The position numbers were made by a program, and so were the translations under genes. From Eledone cirrhosa (Eukaryota), in NCBI GenBank assembly GCA_964016885.1, contig OZ024743.1, positions 327,484,001 through 327,548,000 of the forward strand: a stretch of 64,000 nt of DNA, written 5' to 3'. The notes below the pieces were generated by a model that did not search any database, was not told where the DNA came from, and saw only the letters and a program-made list of their open reading frames with translations. Each line of letters opens with the position of its first letter. The first letter of the stretch is position 1. Of the stretch, positions 36,780-45,897 are shown piece by piece.

Positions 36780-37627
36780 CCTGCTGAACCTCTTCCACAA
36801 CGGGTCCCATGGAATCCAGTCATATGCTTTTTTGAGGTCAACGAAACAAGATTACACCTCTTGGCAATACTTGCACAGTTTCCCAAAGACTTGCTGCATG
36901 TAAATATTTCATCAGCTATGCTGCATCCGGGGCGAAAACCACACTGTTCGTCAGCTAGCTTGGATTCGACAATATCCCTACACCTCTTTGCCAGACGCCT
37001 AGCGTAGATTTTGGAGAAGTTCAAGTTCCTCTAGGTCGTGTTCACGAGTGATGGGAGATAGGAAGCTGAATTAAGTGCAAGAATTGCAGGAGATGGTGCA
37101 GTAATGCTCCAGCCTCAGCATTCAGTCATCAGAAGAAGCGGAGTACATGTAAAAGCGAAATTCGCTATCTTCAATTCAGTATTCGGGCCTACCCTTATCT
37201 ATGGTCTTGAACCTTGGGTAATGACCGAAAGAATACGATCGCGAATACAAGCGGCCGAAATGGGGTTCCTCTGAAGGGTCTTTGGAGTAATATTACTTGA
37301 TAGAGTGCATAGCTTGGAGATCAGAGTCGCTCCAGGTAGAGCGGCTACTTATCCGAATTGAAAGATCACAACCCGATATTACGGAGCTGTGGTTAGAATG
37401 TCCCAAGAAAGACTTGCTGTACATATTTTACAGGAAAAACCAACTGGGATGAGACCCAAAGGTTCTCCCGAGTAAAATGGTTGGATAACATCCACGAGGT
37501 CAGATGGTCTCGTTTGGGGATCCAACCTGATCAGTTTGAGATGATTGCCTGTGGCAGGACCAGCTGGAAGAAGTGTTTGAGGACTCTTCCCCAACGACCC
37601 TCTCAGGAATAAATGGGCGAAGAAGAT
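36780..37627. pseudogene. Decayed RTE fragment: RT piece on minus strand (36780-37020) abutting a plus-strand 3' end (37030-37627) with (GAA)n tail
   Basis: DEQCGFRPGCS in ORF 36749..37024; plus strand encodes a RIRSRIQAAEMGFL-like C-terminal motif and ends GAAGAAGA then (TA)n. Confidence 0.7.
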
Positions 37628-37764
37628 ATATATATATATAAATATATTTGAAAAATCATTTAGCCTTTTGAGTTACCGATTGACCAAGGATACTGATTAG
37701 CATTGAGTTTCTATAATCTTTACCAGGACATATATTGGTAAACTCCAATATAACTTAACATATA

Positions 37765-37874
<110 letters not shown>

Positions 37875-38348
37875 GGCAGTAATCTGAACTCTTGTGCTGA
37901 TGTCAGCAAAGTAGATCAGTGTCTCCATGTATGCTGACCTCTGGGCAACACGATGTTCATTTTACCTTGTTTCGAATTATCATCAGTTTGTCTGGAGAAA
38001 ATAACCAAACTAAGGTCATTGGCTGTTTATTTAAGATAAAACTTTCTTCATACCATTCTGTTCTCGTTTCTCAGAAAACATACATCACACAGTGTTGTTC
38101 CGGCAAGCAGAGGGGTGTAGAATATAGCCAAAGAAAAAAACCTTTAGCTCTCTCGACAAAGTTAGCATCTTGATAAAGGTTAGTTCAATGCCTCTTCCGA
38201 ACTCTCTGCACACAAGCATACACAACAACGACACAGCCTTGTTTTCCTATTTTATTATCAATAACCTCGTACTTGTATACGTACATACATATATGCATAC
38301 AGACGTACAGTAGTATGTATATACATACATACATGCACACATATATAT

Positions 38349-38936
38349 ATGTACGGCTAATAATTCGGGCTGTTTGTTTACAAACAAACCGAGCATTATA
38401 ATAAATGTTCGGGAAACCCACACGTACATATATATGTGTGTGCATGTATGTATGTATATACATACTACTGTACGTCTGTAAACATATATGTATGTACGTA
38501 TACATACTTATATTTAAGTATCAGCCGTACTAAGAGTGAGAAATGAAATTTCATTTTTTCCATTTATCGTTTTCGGTACGCCCGGCCGACTAACTCACTC
38601 GATATGCAAATTAGGCTACTCAGCCGTTAATATGCATAAGGAAAGTATATATTTTCAAACGTTCAATCATCTGACAGGAAGGTATAGAGTGCTGATGACA
38701 GCTACTAAGCTAGAAACTAGTTCATCGTTCCTTTGTCAGTGTTGAACAAAATGGCAACGATGGTTGCCGAACACTGTACGGCTAATAATTCGGGCTGTTT
38801 GTTTACAAACAAACCGAGCATTATAATAAATGATCGGTAAATCCATACGTACATATATATATGTGTGCATGTATGTATATACATACTACTGTACGTCTGT
38901 ATACATATATGTATGTACGTATACATACTTATATTT
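38349..38936. repeat. Direct duplication of about 165 bp (38349-38513 / 38775-38936)
   Basis: TGTACGGCTAATAATTCGGGCTGTTTGTTTACAAACAAACCGAGCATT... occurs twice. Confidence 0.85.
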
Positions 38937-38945
38937 ATATATATA

Positions 38946-39886
38946 CTAGCATTAAAGCCCGGCGTTGCTCGGGGTCATTAAGTTACCAAAGTTAGGTTGC
39001 ACCACCCATTTTATGGCATCACTTTTTTGTCTGCCAGGCACTGGGTGAATGAATTGCAGACCTGGAAGCATGAGCTGCGCCAGCAGTGACAATTGTAGTT
39101 TCGCCTATGGATATTATCTCTGTGCAAAAAAGTGTTGAAATTTATTGTTTCACAGTACTTGCGCAACACGCGCGTAGACACGATGCCAGCCGAACAACAG
39201 AGCTGCGATGGAGTTGTTCTGCATGGTTGTCTGTGTGTTTTCTAAATTTAAGACAGTATGGAGGGTTGTGATATGAGGGAGAGTTAGCTGTTGTTTCTAG
39301 CAGGTTTAGTGACCTCATAGAGGATATGTGTTTTCTAAATTTAAGACAGTAGGGAGGGGTGTGGTATGGGGGAGAGTTAGCTGCTGTTTCTAGCAGGTTT
39401 AGTGACCTCATAGAGGATATTATTGTTTATCATTATCTATAAAAGGCAGATTGTTGTTGTTGTTGTTGAAGTGAGTGTGTGTTTGTATGCGTTTGGAAAA
39501 GAGGTTTTAAAAAAGATTTATCGCTTGTTGAATAAATGTATCTGTTGCTTTTGAATAATTGTCGTTTCGTATGAAATGTAATAATTGTTAAAACGGACAG
39601 TATCACCATCAAGCTTGGAAAGAGAAAGTAGCAGAAAGTATGAAGTTGTATAGATTTTGAATGGTAGTGGAAAGAGTTTAGCAGTTTAAATGAGAGAGAA
39701 AAATCGTAAAATATTGAGTTTTATCTATTTTTTTGCGTAATTGTGGGTGAAATTGAAAAAATTATCTGTGCCAAGACGCAATCGAAACTATTTCGAATAC
39801 TGAATTGTAAATTTCAATTGAAGAAATTCTATATCGTAGATTTCTATAACGAAGGAGCATGACCACACACTGAGCTTTATAGATTA

Positions 39887-39889
<3 letters not shown>
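38946..39889 (-). mobile_element. Non-autonomous Helitron
   Basis: Minus strand begins A|TCATAATCTATAAAG and ends CCCGAGCAACGCCGGG hairpin then CTAG|T; internal ~93-bp tandem duplication at 39234-39420. Confidence 0.78.
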
Positions 39890-39942
<53 letters not shown>

Positions 39943-40020
39943 TCAGTAGTTCGTGTGTAAGTATATATATATATATATATATATATATAAGATCAAAAGA
40001 TGGTTAAAAGAGTTCCATGT

Positions 40021-40090
40021 ATTTTATTATGTGCATTTCAAAAACAAATATCATCATGAGATGACATTTGCGTTTTCGTCAGATAAAAAT
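40021..40090 (-). ncRNA. Type I hammerhead ribozyme (inverted copy)
   Basis: Reverse complement of 40221-40290; stem III reads TGCACA. Confidence 0.75.
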
Positions 40091-40221
40091 AGAGAGACAT
40101 GATATGAAGGTTAAAAAACACTTGTGAATAGTGCAGTTTTAAATCAACATCATTCTTAATATGTTGATTTAAAACTGCACTATTCACAAGTGTTTTTTAA
40201 CCTTCATATCATGTCTCTCTA

Positions 40222-40290
40222 TTTTTATCTGACGAAAACGCAAATGTCATCTCATGATGATATTTATTTTTGAAATGCGCATAATAAAAT
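40222..40290 (+). ncRNA. Type I hammerhead ribozyme
   Basis: Stem I TTTTAT/ATAAAA; CTGACGA core; stem II contains AAATGTCATC-TCAT-GATGATATTT; GAAA; palindromic stem III TGCGCA; ATA cleavage triplet. Confidence 0.85.
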
Positions 40291-40410
40291 ACATGGAACT
40301 CTTTTAACCATCTTTTGATCTTATATTATTTATACTCCAGTCCCACAAACTGTAGAGTGCTACTTATCCGATATCTGCATTGCTTTATTGTACTACAATA
40401 AAACTTATCT

Positions 40411-40469
<59 letters not shown>

Positions 40470-40862
40470 TCAGTAGTTTGTGTGTAAGTATATATATATA
40501 TATATAATTGGAAATCAGTAAAATCGAATCTCTGGCGGTTTGCAAGTAAATTCGGCCTACTTATATGAAGTGATGGGTTAGCAAAGCACTCGATAAGATA
40601 GGTCTCAGAGTTATAACATACGTTTAAATAGCTTGACAAATCGAACATTGTGGTAGGCTAAACTAACACACAATAGATACCAAAGTAACGATAGAACTAA
40701 TCAGGTTGAGAAAAATATATATATATATATATGCAAAAGTTCTATTTAAATTGTTGGGATACAACAAGCAAATATTTTTATAACTGATATAAAGCACTCG
40801 ACAAATATTTGGAGTAGATATACGATATTAATAAATGGAAACTATATTTATAAAACCATATT

Positions 40863-40927
40863 TATTTCATTATATATATTTCAAGGATACCAAGTTAAAT
40901 TATGGTATGCCTTCATCAGACAAAATA
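40863..40927 (-). ncRNA. Hammerhead ribozyme in the inverted 5' pLTR
   Basis: Minus strand: TATTTTGT-CTGATGA-AGGCATACCA..TGGTATCCTT-GAAA-TATATA-TA-ATGAAATA. Confidence 0.8.
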
Positions 40928-41221
40928 CAATATATAACAGTTTTTATAAATAGACATTGACGTACCCTTTTAAAAAAGTGACCGTTGCTTTTGGAGGCCA
41001 TCAGGATAGTGGTTTGTTTACTTTAGTAAGTCATAGTGTTAAGAGTAAGTAAAAAGATGGAGAGAGAGAGAGAGAAACGTGGAGAAAAGAAAGGGAGAGA
41101 TAGATAAAGAAAAAGAAGAAAGCAAAAAGAAAAGAGAACAGAGGAAAATAATGGGGAGATATCAAACCATCAGACAGAGAATAAATTTAAATAGAACTTT
41201 TGCATATACTCTGCTCCTGTA

Positions 41222-43450
41222 TTGTTGAGCGCTTTACATTATAACTGGAAAATGGAATTCTTTAAGATCTCTTCTTCTCTAAAAGACATACCTCTACCTA
41301 GGAATAAAGATTTTATTAAACAATTAATAGAAAAATCAGACTCCTTTATAAGAAGAATCAGGTGGCGTGTTTTCCACTTCGATAAATCTAATCTAAATGA
41401 AAATGTTTCAAATCTGGATAAAATCTTAAAATCTAAAAAAAATCCACCCCCCAACAAACTACTAATGGATTTTGAAAATGATATTGTATCTATCATCCAA
41501 AGCATCAAATTCAAAAACAACTTCAAAGGCCAAGATTACTTAAGAGATATTAAGGATAAGATTGAAAACTTGGAGAAAACGGAGAAAATTCTAGTCAAGT
41601 CGGACAAAACTAATAATCTTTACGGAATACAAAAGGACATTTATAACGACCTTATATTGAAGGAACTAAGGAAGAAATATAAAGTAGCAAATAAGGACGA
41701 ACTTGAAAAACTGAATACAGATGCCTCTTGTATAATGCATGAACTAGACATTGAAAATAAAACACAACCCTTCATGCCAAAGAAACCCAAGATCAATATG
41801 AAGGATCATAAAAGAAACTTTGAAAATGATTTATCAGTCAGATTAATTGCACCATCTAAATCTGACCTGGGCAGACTTAGCAAAAATATTCTAGACAGAA
41901 TAATACAACAAATTAAGAATTTACCTAATTTATCTTACTTAAAATCATGGAAAGGGACTAGTGAGGTTATCGATTGGTTTAAAGAAATTAAATATAACTA
42001 TAATAATAAGTTTATTCAGTTGGATATTGCTAACTACTACTCATCTATCACTCCTAATCTACTGAATAGGGCACTAACTTACGCATTTAAACATACAGAC
42101 CTAACTAGCAATGAAATGCACATTATATTATCGGCACGGAAAACATTAATAGAATTTAATAACCAACTCTGGACTAGGGCAGATAAAAATAATAATTTCG
42201 ACATAACTATGGGATCTTCAGACTCAGCTCAGGTAACGGACCTTGTGGGCCTATTTATAATTAATTCTCTACATAGAAAAACACCAGGTGTAACCGGAGG
42301 CTTATATCGTGACGACATGCTTTTACTTATAGAAAATAATAGCTGTGAACTAAATAGAAAAAGAAAACAAATTATACAATTTTTTAATTACCTTAATCTA
42401 AAAGTAGAAATAGAGAATAACCATAAAATAGTCAATTTTCTAGATGTAACACTAAATCTCAACACATGTCTTCATTATCCATTTCACAAACTAAATGAGA
42501 ACTTAAATTATGTCAATGTTAACTCTAATCACCCCAGATCCGTTAAAAATACTATAGTGAACTCTGTTCAAGAACGAATTTCAAGAATTTCATTTAATAA
42601 GAATATATTTGATGAAAAAGCGCATTATTACAACGAAGCATTAGGTAGAGCTGGGTATAGAAATAAAATTAAATACATCGATAATAATAATAATATGCAA
42701 AATAACCAAAATAATAACAACTTCAACAACTATAATAGAAAATATTACAATAACTCCGAAAGCCGAAAAAGAAATAGAACTAGGAATATATTATGGTTCG
42801 CTCTTCCTTTCTCACTAAATATTAAAACCCCTATTGCTAAACTATTCTTTAAAGCTCTTGACAAACGGTTCCCTAGAACACATAAATATTACTCAATTTT
42901 TAATAGACATACTATGAAATTAACTTACTCTTCCACCAAAAATTTAGCGCAAAATATTAATAGAAATTTAAAACCTAACCAAAATACCAATAATAACCCA
43001 AGCAATATTCAATCGAATAACTGTAACTGTAGAAATAAATCTAACTGTCCGTTAAATAACAACTGCTTAGCTAAAAATGTAGTTTATAATTGTAATGCTA
43101 AAACTAATTTAAATTCATTTAATTATGTCGGTTCTACCTCTACAGAATTTAAATCCCGCTTCAATAATCATAAAAATTCTTTTACAGATCCAAACAAAAA
43201 ATCTTCAACTTCGCTATCTAGCCTATTATGGGACCTAAAACGAGATAATGTTGAATATTCGCTGATTTGGAATATTATTTCAAAAGCTACTCTTTTTAAT
43301 TCCTCTTCAGAAAATTGTGATCTTTGTATAGAGGAAATATTTTTTATATTAAAGACCAAAAATTCCCTTAATTTAAGGAATAATTTATTCAGTTGCTGCA
43401 GACATAGATTGAACTCAACGTTTAAATATAAATATAAATTTAAAATGTAG
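41222..43450 (+). CDS. PLE (Naiad-type) reverse transcriptase/GIY-YIG endonuclease, 742 codons (first ATG at 41252)
   Basis: SLKDIPLP..FIRRIRW; LDIANYYSSI; TMGSSDSAQVTDLVG; LYRDD; FLDV; SNHP; CNCRNKSNCPLNNNC; VVY..YVG..FKSRFNNH; CDLCIEE; LNLRN..CRH. Confidence 0.93.
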   Translation: MLSALHYNWKMEFFKISSSLKDIPLPRNKDFIKQLIEKSDSFIRRIRWRVFHFDKSNLNENVSNLDKILKSKKNPPPNKLLMDFENDIVSIIQSIKFKNNFKGQDYLRDIKDKIENLEKTEKILVKSDKTNNLYGIQKDIYNDLILKELRKKYKVANKDELEKLNTDASCIMHELDIENKTQPFMPKKPKINMKDHKRNFENDLSVRLIAPSKSDLGRLSKNILDRIIQQIKNLPNLSYLKSWKGTSEVIDWFKEIKYNYNNKFIQLDIANYYSSITPNLLNRALTYAFKHTDLTSNEMHIILSARKTLIEFNNQLWTRADKNNNFDITMGSSDSAQVTDLVGLFIINSLHRKTPGVTGGLYRDDMLLLIENNSCELNRKRKQIIQFFNYLNLKVEIENNHKIVNFLDVTLNLNTCLHYPFHKLNENLNYVNVNSNHPRSVKNTIVNSVQERISRISFNKNIFDEKAHYYNEALGRAGYRNKIKYIDNNNNMQNNQNNNNFNNYNRKYYNNSESRKRNRTRNILWFALPFSLNIKTPIAKLFFKALDKRFPRTHKYYSIFNRHTMKLTYSSTKNLAQNINRNLKPNQNTNNNPSNIQSNNCNCRNKSNCPLNNNCLAKNVVYNCNAKTNLNSFNYVGSTSTEFKSRFNNHKNSFTDPNKKSSTSLSSLLWDLKRDNVEYSLIWNIISKATLFNSSSENCDLCIEEIFFILKTKNSLNLRNNLFSCCRHRLNSTFKYKYKFKM

Positions 43451-43554
43451 TTTAATTAATTAAGTAATTTAGTTAATATATGAAACCTTGGTTAAGTACC
43501 CAAGTATAAATTTTCTTCATAAATATAATTATAAATATAATAAACTATTCTAGA

Positions 43555-44080
43555 AAAGTTTATCCTTTCAATATCTTGAATAAAATATACGTAAGATAAA
43601 TTTCTATACTAAACATATTATTTTAGCTTAAAATATTCTATATTTTAAAATTTTTTAAAATTTAAAAAAAAATTTTATTTTTAAAATTTTTTAATATTTT
43701 GATATCTGTAGAATCCTTGTTTTTTAAGTTATATTGATATAATATTTTATTTTATTTTTTTATTAGATTCATTTTATTTTTTTATTAGATTCATTTTATT
43801 TTTTATTTATTTATTTTTTTTTTTTTATTAGATTTGTTTTTATTCTGATAGCTTCTCATAATTTTTTTTTTTTATTAGATTTATTTTTATTCTGATAGCT
43901 TCTCATAATTTTCAAAAGTTTGTCCTTTCAATATCTTGATTAAAATATACGTAAGATAAATTTATATACTAAATATATTAAACATATTATTTTAACTTAA
44001 AATATTCTATAATATTTTGGGATATTTTAGTATTTTGATATTTGTAGAATTCGTTTGCCTTTTAAGTTATATTGATATAA
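43555..44080 (+). repeat. Internal duplication of about 170-190 bp plus short T-rich tandem units in the PLE 3' region
   Basis: AAAGTTT(A/G)TCCTTTCAATATCTTGA...ATATTGATATAAT at about 43555 and 43915. Confidence 0.8.
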
Positions 44081-45108
44081 TTATATTTCCAAAATATAAT
44101 CCTTTTGTATTTTATATACTCAAAATGTTATATATTGATGTATACTTATGTCTATATACGGCTTATGTATCTATATATGTGTATTGACATACATATACAT
44201 GTGTTATATGCTTTTTTATGATTATATGTCTGTCTGTATATATGCATGAGTGACGCGTGTATACCAATTGGGTGAAGATGCACACACATATCTATTCATG
44301 TATAGCTAAGAATTATGGGTGTGAATGTACAGGCTTACACATGCAGTTTTTGATTGCAGATATGCATAACTTAACAGCCATAAATGCATGAAAGTTAATC
44401 CTATATATTTATATATATATACTAAAAAATTTTAATTAATAACACAAGGAATGTATAGCAATAAATTAAAAATCACTTATGCTTTGTATGTATATGTTAT
44501 ATGCGGGAGTAGATATAATGTGTATTTTCCGAGCGTGTGTGTATATATATATTTATGTATCTTTGCCTATGTGTAGGTGATATACGATAGGTAATTTCTC
44601 TAGCAATATATATATTTTATAATGTTTAAATTCCAATTTTTAATATATTGATCTCAATTTTTAAACTAAATATCTAATCATAATTAAACAATGTGTAATT
44701 TCTCATATTATATATCTATATTCCATTCATGAATATTAATATTTCTAATTTTATTTATTCATTTCATCCCAATTGTTAACTCAACTTAATATGACATAAC
44801 TTAAGGTTTTCGTTCTCTCCCCCCTCTCTCTATCTCTATATATCTCTCTCTTGAGTTTTTTTCTCTGTCTGATGGTTTGCTATCTCCCCATTATTTTCCT
44901 CTGTTCTCTTTTCTTTTTGCTTTCTTCTTTTTCTTTATCTATCTTTCTTTCTTTTCTCCACGTTTCTCTCTCTCTCTCCATCTTTTTACTTACTCTTAAC
45001 ACTATGACTTACTAAAGTAAACAAACCACTATCCTGATGGCCTCCAAAAGCAACGGTCACTTTTTAAAAGGGTACGTCAATGTCTATTTATAAAACTGTT
45101 ATATATTG

Positions 45109-45173
45109 TATTTTGTCTGATGACGGCATACCATAATTTAACTTGGTATCCTTGAAATATATATAATGAAATA
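45109..45173 (+). ncRNA. Hammerhead ribozyme in the 3' pLTR
   Basis: Same as the 5' copy except A>C at the first stem II position (CTGATGA-CGGC). Confidence 0.75.
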
Positions 45174-45255
45174 AATATGGTTTTATAAATATAGTTTCCA
45201 TTTATTAATATTGTATATATATATATATATATATGGTCAGTAGTTCGTGTGTAAG

Positions 45256-45286
<31 letters not shown>

Positions 45287-45685
45287 TCAGTAGTTCGTGT
45301 GTAAGTATATATATATATATATGCTTGTGTGTCTGTGTCTATATATGTATATTTGCATGCATAAATAAATACACTAAGCTTTAGATTTAGTAGAATGCAC
45401 AACCACTGATTTCAGTATCGTATATTTTGGTTTCTAGTAATTCCCTGGCAATTGGTTGACCAAATGCTTTTCTTAATTGTTTTATTTATTTTTTTCTCTT
45501 AGATTTCAGGTATTTTTTGAAAGCAAAGCATTGGCCCCTAAAATTCTAGTGGGACCTGCAATGCTACTGTGGTCCCCGTGGTGCCCATTTGCCATTGGGC
45601 AACCTGGAAAACTGGCCAGTCCGCCACTGATCAAACTACTTAATGTGGTTACCCTCGATTCAACCCGGGATATATATATATATAT

Positions 45686-45864
45686 ATAGGAACCAGTAAG
45701 ACCCCGACGGCTGAGCTCAAGCCGTTTCGACGGCTAATTCCGTCGAAACGGCTTGAGCTCTGCCGTCGGGGTCTTACTGGTTCCTATTACCCACTCTACT
45801 ACCCTAAGTATTGAGTACTTTGGTGCGTTATGGTCCACCTGGTTCCTTACCACATTTCCTTCGT

Positions 45865-45865
<1 letters not shown>
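45686..45865 (+). mobile_element. Short PLE-like fold-back remnant: 48-bp arms (45686-45733 / 45740-45787), 3' half of a hammerhead, 78-nt tail
   Basis: 47 of 48 positions paired; right arm has GAAA-CGGC...GCCG-TC (stem III and GTC) but no CTGANGA; flanked by (TA)n. Confidence 0.7.

Positions 45866-45896
<31 letters not shown>

Positions 45897-45897
<1 letters not shown>

Larger units (their letters stand above)
39985..40412 (+). mobile_element. Non-autonomous Penelope-like fold-back element: ~166-bp near-perfect arms (39985-40150 / 40161-40326), 10-nt loop, 86-nt tail
   Basis: Arms differ at only two positions that I could see; one hammerhead per arm; flanked by (TA)n on both sides. Confidence 0.85.
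40728..45218 (+). mobile_element. Penelope-like element, Naiad type, with inverted pLTRs (40819-41181 / 44861-45218)
   Basis: Uninterrupted RT+GIY-YIG ORF; ~360-bp inverted repeats each containing a hammerhead; (TA)n on both sides. Confidence 0.92.

Noticed and set aside
44995-45045. ATGA...AAA...TGAT in the Naiad pLTR as a SECIS element
   Set aside because: The helix does not pair and the ORF has no in-frame TGA
40819-45218. Inverted repeats as TIRs of a DNA transposon
   Set aside because: The enclosed ORF is RT plus GIY-YIG rather than a transposase, and the repeats carry hammerheads typical of pLTRs
39941-45305. 21-nt repeats as a CRISPR array
   Set aside because: Eukaryotic context, spacers are microsatellites or transposons of very different lengths, and no cas genes
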